Shown here: in pieces, positions 13,455 to 25,645 of the stretch
How the letters are laid out: each line of letters starts with the position of its first letter
Numbering within the stretch: position 1 is the stretch's first letter
Assembly (NCBI RefSeq): GCF_964204645.1
Contig: NC_134032.1
Location: forward strand, 5,940,275-6,004,274
Source of the DNA: Tubulanus polymorphus
Lineage: Eukaryota > Animalia > Nemertea
Reading direction: 5' to 3'
DNA: 64,000 nt
Notes under the pieces: generated by a model
What the model was told of the DNA's origin: nothing
Seen by the model: the letters and a program-made list of their open reading frames with translations, nothing else
The model's database searches: none
Program-made: the position numbers and the translations under genes

Positions 13455-13578
13455 GTAACCAGTTTCACGGTTTTGAGTTAAGATTTCACTCGCAGTTACT
13501 TAACTCATTGAAAATGAACTGATTTAAACTTAGAGTCAACACTTTAACTCATTACTGTGAATAACCGTAGAACTGGGC
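13455..13578. mobile_element. Palindromic MITE family B (GGATCCAGTTCCAC...GTGGAACTGGATCC-like)
   Basis: CCAGTTTCACGGTT ... AACCGTAGAACTGG inverted ends; relatives at 24183-24293, 28492-28790, 30054-30115 and ~33150-33210. Confidence 0.65.
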
Positions 13579-15396
13579 TGTTTAAGTAAGATTTCTAACT
13601 TCCATGTTAATCCTAGTTTTAAACTTAGCTTCGTTGTTCTCGTGGCCATTTGCTTTTCGACGTGAACTTATTGGGGTTGGAACGAAATACGCGATTTATA
13701 TGACAGATTTATATGAAGTTTGTAAATCCCCTGATTATTTTGTGTTGCATTAAATGAGTGCAAGTCTCCAGCACTGGTGGACAAACATACTATGACGTCA
13801 CATCCAAGATCAAGTCGACCCCCTGGAGCTGAAATTAGATTATGAAACCATTTTAATATGTCTCGTTAGACCAATTTGCACCAGTTAATGCGAAATTTAC
13901 TATCGTGAACTGCGATACCAGCTTTCCCATCAGGTGGAGTGACGAGCGCTTAAATTGCCTGAATTTGTTCACTACAAATCAGTTTTGAACTGAATTTTTA
14001 GTTGGACCCACCAGATGTACATTGGGTTTATTTTTCTACTGAGAGATTGGTATAGCTTCATTGATATAATTGATTCAAGTTTATTCGGTTTTAACTGAAA
14101 TGAACATGAAATTGACCACAGAAGCAACTATGCAATAGTAGCGAAAGCTCTTATTTTCATCAATAAAATCAAGCAAACCTTGAAATACTATAATTTTCTG
14201 TATACGTTTCTCAAATACTGAGTTCTTGTAAAAAACGCGTTCATTATTCGCTGAATGACGGACGGAAAAAAAGATCTGTCTCTATAAAGGCGATAATCGA
14301 CCTGAACAAGGTGAGTTAGGCTCTTTGGAGATATCACCCCACCTACGTTAACGTTCCTATTGCCATATTAAATATACTGCAAAGTGTCGAGCGAACGTTC
14401 AATTTGATATGCGCGATTGGTGATTATATCGTTTTTAAGTTACTCCGCGAGAGGCGTCATTATACCATTCACTCTGAGTGACATGATAATCTGTTGAAAA
14501 GTCATTCCTTGTCATAGATGGATGGGACGATGCTCGAAGCAAACGAGGTGAAAGAGAAAATGGATTTTATCTCAGTCAAATTAGCTCTACGTCTATACGC
14601 GTATACGTGTATTAGCTCTTTTTCGTGGGAAATTTCAGGTGGGAAATTGCAGGTTTACTCCTGTTGATCTGTATAGCCTACCGAAGCGTTTTGTCAAAAG
14701 CCCTTTTCACGAAATTAAAAGCTAATTGCCAAATTAATTGAAAAGGGTACACAATTTCGGCTAGTTTGATGAAAAAAGGCGGGAATTACATATCTAAGAG
14801 TTTACATTACATTTTCGAGTTATGACTTAAGATTCTGAGAGCCATACGAGAGTTCTGACCACTTTTGTCTTAAGTAAACATCACGCTACCACTGCACCAG
14901 TACTGACAAAAAGCAAAAGGGGTTAATTAAATTCATAGTGTAATCTATAGCCATGTCTATATGTATTTGTGTAATTCATATTATTGTCCACCATACATAT
15001 ATATATATGTATTAACGCATAAAGTAAACTTTTTCTGAGCTCTAAGCGAATGTCTTCTTTTAGAGCAAAATAAATACACTAAACTAAATTACTCAATTCT
15101 CAAGCCCGTAGCCAGCCATGTCTTTGGGGATCCTGGGAGTACTCGCGAAAATCCCAGATAGAATTTATACGGGCTATTTTCAAAAACTAAGAAAGAAGTG
15201 ACGTTTAGACTCAATCAAGTCATTTTCACCAATGTTTCTACGTAATTGAAGGCTTCAATCGACATTCATATTCACGGTGCCCACTCTTGATTCTCTTACA
15301 CGATTCGAACTCGTTCATTTGCGACGTAAATGACAGATACGCGCTACAAACGTGACGCCGAGCGTTACAAACATCAGCAAACAAACATAAGTCGCA

Positions 15397-15578
15397 TCAG
15401 TAGCCGCCGATCAGCCGTACATTATAGGCAGTAACATCCGGCAACAAGTAGCAGCCGTCTTTAGAACCGGTCCTATTACTGAACACCCGAGATACGTTTG
15501 GCATTTTTGATAAATCTGCGGTGCGTCTATAGTTATTTTGTGATATTCGAACTTCACTCCATATATATATATATAAAG
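15397..15578 (+). promoter_or_regulatory. Candidate non-coding first exon (Inr-like TCAGT, consensus donor AAG|GTAAGT)
   Basis: CpG-rich non-repetitive island, TCAGT at 15397-15401, perfect 5' splice site at 15578/15579. The link to the neuropeptide gene is inferred only. Confidence 0.35.
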
Positions 15579-15878
15579 GTAAGTAGATCGTACTTTATTG
15601 GATTCGTAATTTCACGCTACTGTGAAAGGTACTGTGCTGTTTAAATAGAAAGTAAAGTTTTCCCTACTGGTGTATATATAGTAGCTTTATCTGGTAAATA
15701 AGAAAACAGGTAGAAAGTACTGTGTAGGTTTTATGATTTCATTAGAAACGATTTTATCAGAAATCTTATCACGGATTTTCGCTACTTAGTTTCATATTAG
15801 ATTCATCCGGTAAATGAATAAACAGCATTCGCTAATGCGTAGTTTTCAACTTTTGGATACTTGACATGAACATGGACT

Positions 15879-16406
15879 CTAAAATCTAGTTTTAGAGTTC
15901 ATGATATGATTAAGGTCTAAGTGAAGGATATTTTCCTTTAATGACAAACGCGATGTAGTGTGGGCCGGTTTTAGGAAGATGGTTTTCACAAAAGCATTAA
16001 TTCCTAAGCCAATCTCAAATTTGCTGAAAAGGAGTCCGAAATGTTTCTTTGAGCATTTATGCCACGTTTTGGAGATAAACAATAGATACGAGTTAAATCT
16101 TTTTTTTTTTGTTAAACTGGGTCCAGTATCAATATTCTTACCGTGCAGGTTTCGTTCATGGAGATTGAAGTTAACCCCCGGGTTAAAGTTGATAAATAAA
16201 GTCTTTGAAACCTGGCCTCGGGTTTTATGCATATACAAGTTCATTATTAGAATGGTCATAAAGTTGTCATAAGCCTCGACAGTGAGGATGCTTGGGCCTT
16301 TAAATTGATAAGTTATCTTTCTTATTTCACCAGTCGTCCGGCGATTTATTTTACAGTATTCTGTATTTCTTATTAGAACAACTAATTCTTTAGATTTTAC
16401 TTTCAT
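15879..16406 (-). other. Unassigned 175-codon ORF, divergent from ORF 16524..16793
   Basis: A long ATG-initiated open frame in AT-rich DNA with no recognised motif. Confidence 0.25.
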
Positions 16407-16523
16407 TTGTCGCGTATGATTTTCTATTTTGGGGATTTTTATGTTTTAAGATGTTATGAATGGTGTGATTTTCATTATGTTTGTTGCTGAAATATTATAG
16501 CCGGGATTGGTGAAGGGAAATAA

Positions 16524-16793
16524 ATGCAGTCACTAATATTATATGACTCTAGTCACCGATACAGTATGCAAAAGGTATGGAGACAATTAAAATTTGACGC
16601 TCCAGGTATAGAATTTATTAACACCTTGGTGCGGTTTGCAAATAAAACAATGCATAGATTTTTCAGACAAATGGAGTTTCCAATCTTTTACGACCATAAA
16701 ACTTCAATTCCAGTAGAATCTATCGGGTTTTTACATGCATTTATTGTACTATCTCTGCCCTATGGATTTAATATGATTGTACAAAAAGAATAA
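16524..16793 (+). other. Unassigned 89-codon ORF
   Basis: ATG-initiated (TAAATG context) with protein-like composition, head-to-head with the 175-aa ORF across a 117-bp AT-rich spacer. Confidence 0.25.
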
Positions 16794-17607
16794 TGAAAGG
16801 TATGTGATGCTACGAAGTACGTCGGAAATGTTTCATTGAGTCAGTAGTTCATTCGACGTTTCGACAATAGCGCGATACAGTGGAACCTCGTTATAACGAA
16901 CTTCACGGGGTCAGAAACAATCTCCGTGTTGTAAGGATGATATAAATAGCCACGCTTAAGCATAAAACGAGTTCGAAATTTTTCCTTGAACTTATGGTTA
17001 TTTGACGTTTCGACTATATTTTAACTATGATATTCAAGAATACAAGTGTTGTATCAAAATCATGAAAAGACTGATGAAGCAACGAGATGTGATATAAACT
17101 AGGGGTAATACACAACGTTTAAAGTGTCTGAAAGTTCCTTAAGCGTGAACTTTTACCCCAATAGCCATCTTCAAAAAAAAAAAAACGGAAAGGTCGGAAC
17201 GTAGAATGAAATTATAAGGAAACATCTACATCAGTATGCTTTAGGAATGCTAGTTTTATGACAATATCAAAATTCCACATCTGGTTTAAAGTCATCACTG
17301 TATCTATTTCAAAACCTTAACAAACAATTATCTTATATCTAAATCTGTCAGGTGCGTATAGCCCCTGTATTACCCAACTATATGCGTCGGATGCTTCCCT
17401 TATTAGTCGTGTCGGATTCTTAGACATCATCCTAGGCTGGCGAAGAATGGCCGTTAACACGCGAAATATCCCTACATTTTTAATTACAATTATTCTCGGC
17501 AATTGATGATTGTGGCGCTACATCACTGATACTGTAATTCAGTTTGGTGTTTGGTTTATGTATACATTGATATGGGTAGGGGTATCTCGTGATGAGCTAC
17601 GTCAGAT

Positions 17608-17639
17608 CAGGGAGGTGGGAGTGAACTCCCACCTCCCTG
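17608..17639. mobile_element. 32-bp TIR-only mini element with 7-bp TSD
   Basis: A perfect 15-bp inverted repeat CAGGGAGGTGGGAGT-GA-ACTCCCACCTCCCTG flanked by direct repeats GTCAGAT (17601-17607 and 17640-17646). Confidence 0.85.
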
Positions 17640-17649
17640 GTCAGATATA

Positions 17650-18090
17650 AGCCGCGTTCACACGAAAACTAGTTAGATCGGTCTAAATGGGTCCGCATCT
17701 CGTCCGGTCCTAATTTAGACCGGACCAAAGTTTGGTCACATCGTTTTGACATGCGTTTATAAAATAGCTTTTCACCGGGCCCACAAGATGTCGCCATCTG
17801 CTAAATGATTAACTGGGCCTGGATGAAGTCTCGCTTTCAGATTCCAAGTAGAGCAAGACATTTTTCATTTGACCAATTCGATCCTCTTTAAGGTTTATTA
17901 GATATTTTTGCGAATTCGATTACATTCTATCACGCTGAAACTGTATGTGTCGATTAAACACGGTTCAAAACACGGAAGTAAAACGGATGATGATCGCGAC
18001 ATACGAATACTAATACGTGTGTTTGCCCGTTTGAACGCTTTGTCCGGATCAAATTTAGTCCGGTCTAAATTTCATCGTGTGAACGCGCCT
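17650..18090 (+). mobile_element. MITE family C (AGCCGCGTTCACACG ... CGTGTGAACGCGCCT), internally deleted copy
   Basis: TIRs plus TTAGACCGGTCTAA/GGTCCGGACC subterminal palindromes; homologous to the longer copy at 53551-54298. Confidence 0.9.
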
Positions 18091-18934
18091 ATATGTTCTA
18101 GTTATCAACACAAAGCGAAATAAATCACAGGGTTCTAACGGGTTTTGAAAGTCATAAAAAGTTTGGAAAAATTGGTCATTTTTTCGAGGACCTTGAAAGC
18201 TTTGCTTTTTTCTCAATAGCTATTGAAAAGTTATAGAAAATCAGAAATAGACCCGAAAAAATGTTCCTTCTATTTCGAATTTTTGGCTATACGCTTAAAT
18301 GACACTTACAACTTTGATAAAAGCAGGGAATAGTCACATTCCAAATAACACATTGTTCATAGAAAGTACACATTTGATACAAAATCGTTAAGAAAACACT
18401 TTGTCTTGGAAATTGGCAGCTGTTTACTATGAGTGGGCCTTCATTGCCTACTTGTTCTAGGTTGGCGATAAATAACTTATGGAACATTCGTAATCTGGGT
18501 ATGGAAAATGAAACCAGCGAGAACCCTGTCTCCATATTTATTCATTCTTTTTCGATCGTTTGTATTTAGTTGCAATGCGAACGTTAGATACTAAAATTTA
18601 TTTATAAAATTATATTCAAGATTAAGAGCGGATATGCCACTACCGAAGTATCGGTTGACAGATAGAAACTAGTATGAAACAATGTCAATTATTATCCTCT
18701 TGCATCAATCTCTTTCGGGGCGGTATGGAATTCTAAATCCACGCGCTAAAAGCATTTCATCATATCGAATGATATGACCTTAACTATAAATTTACCACCG
18801 ATTTATAATTCATAATAGAAAAATCGGAAGGCATTGAATGCAAGAACTCAAAACAAACGATGCTTAATTAGTTATTCGGGTATTTAACGTTGCACAGCCA
18901 TTTCAGTCTAAATCTTCTCCTAAATCTTCTCTTA

Positions 18935-19245
18935 AAACTGGTCTCAAGTTGTTGGATTCGCTACAGAATTAAGATTAGCTTAGACTGTTCATAAGTTCAT
19001 ATAATGGTTATAGTAAAAACTAATGAGCTTAGACTCGTCATAAGTTGTTAGATTGGTCAACCAAAATGAGCTTAGCCTGGTCTTAAGTTTTTATAGAACC
19101 AAATTGTGTTGCGACTGGTCTGAAGTTGTTAGATTGGCTATAGAACCAAATTGAGCTCAGGCTGATCTTTATTTATTAGATCGGATATATAACCAATCGG
19201 TTATAGAACAAAAATAAGCTTAGACAATGGCTTGTTAGATTAGCT
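18935..19245 (+). repeat. Diverged ~47-bp minisatellite array
   Basis: About 6 copies of TTAGACTGGTCTTAAGTTGTTAGATTGGCTATAGAACCAAAATGAGC-like units. Confidence 0.8.
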
Positions 19246-20889
19246 ATTCAGTATGGAACAATATATCCGAAAATAACGGCCCAATTTTTTAAATTGGAAA
19301 ATATGTTAAAGCTATTGATTCAAAAATCTTCCAACTGTTGGCATTAACTCTGTAATTGAGGTAAATTCAGGAAGGAAAAACATCAGAAGGAACAATACTT
19401 CGTTGAAGTGTGTTCTTTAGGACTAACTCGCATTCTACCTCAGACATGGCAAACTTACGCTTTTGGCTTACTCGGACAAAGACGAAGTCATTTTCTTGCT
19501 TGCTAACGTATTGTCCGAACTTAACGTAGGCTAAGTCCAATGTTACTACGGTCAAAATATATTTTCAAGAATATAATTTTGTTTTTAAAATGGCTCATAT
19601 AATTGAGTTGAAATATCACTACCTGTATAGTTTTTCTCCCTAATTGTGGCATTGTTAGGGACCAGTCACTTTAGGAAAACCATGGTTCTATGTCATTCGG
19701 CACAATATTTGTGGGGGCGAATTCAAAGGAAATGTATTTGATAAATCGAAATAGGTCGATAGCCCCTGGAGACCTTCAGGTGTTAATATGAGCACACGGC
19801 CAAATTACCAAAGAGCATTGTCGGTGTTAGGTGGGTCTACTGGGTTTCACTTGGTGGGAATCGAGACTGAACCTTATTAACTGTGAAATTATTAAGCAAA
19901 TACTTGCAGTGATTGCAATTGTTCAATGGTCGCAGCGAATATGTTATGCGTTAATCCTAGATAGGCTTAAGCCGTAATGATGTATGCCCACATGAGTTTT
20001 ATAACTCATGTTGAGCCTACAACGCTACTCTGGCAATCGAGGATTCAACTTATCGTGAGCGATGATCCATCAGGTATCGTGGATTCCAATTATGGTGAGC
20101 GATGATCCACCAGGTATCGCTAGTAGTAACTCGGTCGTTCGCATTCGATTTCTTATGCTTTAAAGTCAAAATCGAATGAACATCTCTGTATAAATCAGCT
20201 AATGAAACGATACCAATCAATGAGTGAAAAAATGAATTCAATGTTATATTTGGTGGGTTCTGCGATTATGTATGGTTTCGGGAGCCTGTAAGTCTGCTTT
20301 AAGAGTAAAGACCGGGGTTGCTTCTGGGATGTTTTTTTTTGTGATAGCCGATTTTTCAGTCCTCACTGATTTGATTTATTGTTTCGATTTCCGTGATTTT
20401 TGGTGTTTCGCGGATAAGATCATCTGTGCCAGCGGCGTGCATAGCTACAACTGGTTAGTTTTCGTCGATAGCTACAGGGCCATGGTAGCTACAGAACTGG
20501 CTGGTGAATACAGGGATGGCTGGCTGGTAGCCACAGGGATGGTTAGAAGATAATCGATTATTTCACTCAAAATTTTGAAAAGGGTGGGTAGGCAATTATA
20601 TTTAATTCTGAAAATGATTATTTGAAACGACGGTCGGACCCGCGAAACAGGGTTTTCTTTCGGTGTGGCCTCAGTGTAGTTGTTTACTATTTAACATTCG
20701 AAGGCCGTTCATTTATATTTCTTTCTATAACACATGTGGACAACAATGGCTTCCCAATCAAGTGAAGGTATCAAGGCTACGTGGAGGTAGTCAGTCGAAA
20801 TAATTACACGGCTACTAAGTATAGAAGTGCTGCACGTGAGGCCATAATTTGTTTGCCCGTCAGTGCTGAAGACATGCCGTACATAACAA

Positions 20890-21035
20890 CAAACGATAAT
20901 CAAGGGATTTACAAATTTCGAGGGTCTGTCATGTAAGTCACTAATTGTTAATATCCCAAGCCTTGAGAACCTACCGTTCGAAATCCGGTATACCTCTCCT
21001 TCCATTATGTCATTTAAGCAAACTATTTCGTCAGG
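20890..21035 (+). mobile_element. CR1/L2-type LINE 3' fragment
   Basis: Translates to ENLPFEIRYTSPSIMSFKQTI, resembling the WN.LP..IR...S...FK C-terminal motif of CR1-group ORF2. Confidence 0.4.
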
Positions 21036-21639
21036 TTATGCAATAGATAATATGAATTATCCTATATGCATATCAGATTGTCTGTATTTTACTGGGGTCA
21101 GTCCAACGAAGAAAATTAAAGATTAGTTGCTTATGGCAACCTTCAGATTTTTATTGTGTAAAATTGATGTGAAACTGGTCCTTGCTGGTGCTGCTTTTAA
21201 ATCCCTGTCACTTACGACACTTCACTTTGACCAACAATAGAGGGTGCTGCACTTTGACGGTATTGTTTTTCTGGCCGTCAGTGCCGGAGTATTCACATAC
21301 GTAAACAAAGTTTGTAAATTAGTTTTCTAGTTTCATTAACTATAACTCATAACCACCAACTAATTACTATCGATGCTATATTGTAATTAACTATTTTGTA
21401 CATGTATATGCATATTGTGTATCGTAAGTCTCTAAGAGGCTGTCTTAGTAAAAACGTAACACGTAAATATAGGGCATATAAATAAAAGCTAATCAGGAGT
21501 TTTAAAAACTTTTTAAGGCATGTCTCGGGCACTGGTTGGCTAAAAATGCCGCCATGCGCTACGTGCACGACCTCTATACTGTGATTCATTTGGTCGATGA
21601 CTAACAGCCTGGTTCTACGTTTGCCGTGGTATATTGTAT

Positions 21640-21816
21640 TGTATGTATATACCCTAACGGTCTCTTCTTGTGCTCGTTTTTGTTTGTTTGTTTGTTTTTT
21701 GTGTTCTTTGTATTACACTTTCTATATTTTGTACTGTGTATTGCTTTAATTATTGTACTTCTTCTACCGATGATGTTATGTAACATTAAGGAACAATTAA
21801 GTTATTGAATTGAATT
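21640..21816 (+). mobile_element. LINE 3' UTR/tail fragment with (ATTGA)n end
   Basis: T-rich UTR ending TTATTGAATTGAATT; the same tail type occurs at ~49850-49876 and ~56790-56813. Confidence 0.45.
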
Positions 21817-22339
21817 AGTATAAACAATCAATAAGACATTCTACGAATATTGACGAACAATACGAAACCGCAAAATCGATGAAGCCGCTCATTTTCGGAC
21901 GAGCGCCAGTAATATACATTACAACTTCGTCGAAAATATCGCTGATGTTGATTTCCTTTATTTAAGAAAAATCGCATTACGCCGAAATTAATATCGCATC
22001 GTATTTCGTTCGTTTCCGATATAGATTTCCAAAAACGGCTTAGTTTTGATCGTGGTAGTAAATAAATTATACGCGCTAGACGCTGGTTATAATCATTCCC
22101 CAGAGATTGCGATCGATAACACCGCGACGTCGTTACAGGTAAATCTCAAACGCTCGACTTCGACTATTGAGATGTTTAAAAAGAATTTCCGTGTAATGTA
22201 AAATAAGGATGGGCACGAGATACCGGATTGATATGGCCATTGTTTGAATAACGAGTCAAAGATTCTTCCTGAAGATGAAATTTATCAAATTCTATACTAC
22301 ATCCAGTCTAAACTTGGTTAGTTCGTAGTAGTTTGGATG

Positions 22340-22520
22340 ACCGGTTGTCTTAAATCTTAAAACTGGTATTGAGTTGTTGGATTTGATATAGAACCAGACT
22401 AAGCTTCTGGTCTTAAGTTATTTGATTGGCTATGGAACCAAAATGATCTTAGACTGGTCTTTAGGTTTTATATTGACTTGAACCAAATGAGCTTACACAA
22501 TTTTAAGTTATTGGAATGGG
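22340..22520 (+). repeat. Diverged ~47-bp minisatellite array
   Basis: Same unit as 18935-19245, preceded by GTCTTAAATCTTAAAACTGGT as in the MITE at 36893-37030. Confidence 0.75.
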
Positions 22521-23989
22521 TAATATGATGCAGGAGAAATATAATGATATGAATTGATACGCAGTGTGACGTGGGATCAAATACGTATTAACATTGAACG
22601 CATTGATCAGAAACTGTCGATAGTTGCGCCATATCGTTTACACCATTTGACTTCTGATTAGCGCTACTGAGTCTACTATCATTCTCTTTTAAAGCATATT
22701 ACTTCATGCCTTATAAACCGCTAATTTTCTACCTACTCACCTAACATGCCCCTCCCTGAATATGATAAATAACGATAATATCTGTATTGTCATAGTTGAT
22801 GACACAAATATATGCTATGAACGAATGAATAATAAGTTTCAACGTAATTATAAATGCTATACGTGAGAGCTGAATTATTGAAGATTAGATTTGCAGCATT
22901 CATAATACTAATCTTAAAATAACGTTTATGCTGATGGTATTGCTATGTAATACAGTAAGTCGAATACACAACTAAAAAATCCCTGTAGGTAAAAATCTAT
23001 TCTACACCAGTTAACACGGCTCCTCTATGAATCTTTTCATGTTGAATATGTAAAAGATTTGCTTTATTTTAATTGTACTACCTTATCATCTCTACATGAC
23101 TGTAATTCGTTCAATTATAATCACCGAAAACATAATAAACAATAATTACTTTTAAGTACGTATCTGTGATGATTTTTACTTGAATCTGAAATTTTTGTCC
23201 CCGCCAAAAATTATCTTTATGTATTTAATGTGTTATGTATATGTGTTGTATCTGAAGAAATTGACTCTTTTTATATGATGAACAGAAAATGATAATTAAC
23301 CCTCCAGCGGCATTCTGTCTTCGACGCGGCGCCCTTGCTGGTCCACCTTACAGCCAAACATTTTTAGATTACTACTCAATTTACTCTTTGTAACTCAACA
23401 AATACATTGTATTGTATTGCATCCCCTTTGTAAATCTATTCATTGGGGCGGGGAGTATTATCAGGTGCGGATAATTCTCCCGGAGATTTTCTTAAATGTA
23501 TAATCATTGCTAGAATCTTACAGGAGAATTGCTATTAATTCGAAAACTATAGTTATCAAGGTGATTCGTGACTTGCTAGTAAACTTATTTCCTATATTCA
23601 TAAGTACGTGGTAAAATTTGATCTATCTGTAAATAGATAACATCATGAACATAACAATAAGTATCATCGTTATAATAAAACTTTGATACATAATGATACA
23701 GGTACTGGGGCGGCTAGCCATAAGCCAAAAGATAGGTATTAAAAGCTGATCCAAACTGCTTGGAATTGTCTATATATTTTTCTAACTATCATGTAAAAAA
23801 CATTTAAAAAGGCCACACTTGAAAAAAGATCGGATGCGATAGTTAGGTTTTCTAAACATCATGCATTTTGCAGCATGCTTAAAGTTACCTATGTCGTCTA
23901 TTAGCCGAGCTACTTCCTGCTTGGTAACGTATTAATCCCCAGCCAGAAGTGTTAATTGCTTCATCAATAAACCGGCGGTCGCTAATTAA

Positions 23990-24142
23990 CCAGTGTCGGT
24001 CATTTACGTGTAACCGTTGCGACATCGTAGGTTGTTTCTCACTCGAGCTCACAACTTCACCGCGAGCGAATCCTCAATATACAACATACTAACTACGAAA
24101 AAGACAGGTTGCTGCTGATTTACACACAAATTTCATTGATGG
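23990..24142 (+). promoter_or_regulatory. Candidate first exon of the neuropeptide gene ending ATG G|GTAAGA
   Basis: Non-repetitive CpG-rich island with ATG at 24139 and a donor at 24142/24143. Splicing to the acceptor at 40771/40772 gives in-frame ATG GGT ATG TAT AGC (M-G-M-Y-S). Confidence 0.45.
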
Positions 24143-25552
24143 GTAAGAACTTGTTTTACGAATACACATAGACGATTTGAATGGACCCAGTTCAACTGTG
24201 CTGCGCTTATATTTGAACCAGAGTGAACTCATCGATAATGAAGCTAATTTCAAATCAGAGTTCCCTCTAACTCACAACTCAAGAGCTGGATCCATTTCTT
24301 TTTTTCATTTCATTCATTGTAACTTTGTACGAAGAGCAGTAAACAAATCTCGCACATCTGTGCACTAAAAAATGTCAATTATGATTAAAAGTTGATAAGC
24401 TTTTTAGAGGGATAGATTTATTTAGGTTCAAAAGCTAAGTTCAGGAATTAACATACTTAGACAGTAATCATGGGCGTATGCAGCAAGGGTGTTGTAGTAG
24501 TCGCATATTCTAAAAAGTTCTGTTCTTAAGGCAATACCGAGAAGAAAATATTGAGGTATTTTTCGTTATCACTCCTATATCATTTCACCAAAACTGTATT
24601 TAGATTTTATCAGATAGATAGCTAGTGTTTCATCCAGATACTTGAAATACGCCTTGATCTAAACACGGAGCTGGTGCATGTACCAAGGAGGATCCAAAGC
24701 ATCGCCAGAACGTTGTTTTTTCCTAATGACAGGAGCGTGATAGATCTAAAAAAGGGCAAATTAATTTTCCGCATACTGCAAACTGCACAAATTGACAGGC
24801 ATGTTGAGAACCTTTCATAATCTTGTTACTTGTTTACGTGCATGGAGTATAAGTTAGGATCAGACGACTTTTAAATGACGACCTATACGTAGAGGAATTA
24901 TTCAGCTACTGTAACCAAGAATACGAATCCGATGATATTTGATAAGTTTTAAAAATCCAGCTCGAATTTCATTGAAAATGAACTAATTTTTACTGCGGAT
25001 AGACAGGTAAAAATAAACAGAATAAAACGCAGCGTATTGCAACCGGCGGGTGAGTGCCGGTACCGAATAAAAATTTAGGAGAGTTAACCCGCCGGTTAAG
25101 TCGACACCAGTTTAGAAAATCGTCCGATGATGTTTAACCACCGGCAAACTCTATCCAACTTCCAACTTGCAAACATTCGTAGTTTATTGTAAAGTAAGGT
25201 GCAGAGCATCTCGTATCCAGTATGTGGGGGTATACCGATGAAGTGTATTTAGCTTCATATGTGGCCTAATTTTCCGATGACATGCTTTTGAAGTTATGAA
25301 ATTTTAATCATATACCGACGGAATTGTTGACGTGAAATATTCGATATAAAATCTATATCTAGATATATGATGAGTTGCATGCAGAGTAACCGTGTGTACC
25401 TGGTGTCAAATCGGTAAGCGTAAACAAGGGTAGTACTTTGGTGGTTAACACGATTTCATTTGAAGTACAAGTTTTCACTACCAGTGCATATAGTAGCTTC
25501 ATCAGGTGAATAGGAACCGCGCTCACATTATGGTCAACTTCCATGAAACATA

Positions 25553-25645
25553 AGTAACGAGACGAGTAGTACTGTATAGGTTAACTATTTATTTGACGCA
25601 CGAGCTTTCGTTTCTGATGAATAGAAGTTTCATCAGGTGAATGAG
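25553..25645 (-). mobile_element. Penelope-like pLTR fragment with a hammerhead-ribozyme-like core and a 14-bp TSD
   Basis: The minus strand reads CCTGATGAAACTTCTATTCATCAGAAACGAAAGCTCGTGCGTCAAATAAA. It is flanked by direct repeats TTCCATGAAACATA (25539-25552 and 25646-25659). Confidence 0.7.

Noticed and set aside
13793-13800. Full CRE palindromes TGACGTCA (also 46441) as neuropeptide regulators
   Set aside because: An 8-mer is expected by chance in 64 kb and it also occurs inside TEs here; no supporting context.
21626-21808. Hydrophobic 60-aa ORF
   Set aside because: T-rich LINE 3'UTR low-complexity sequence.
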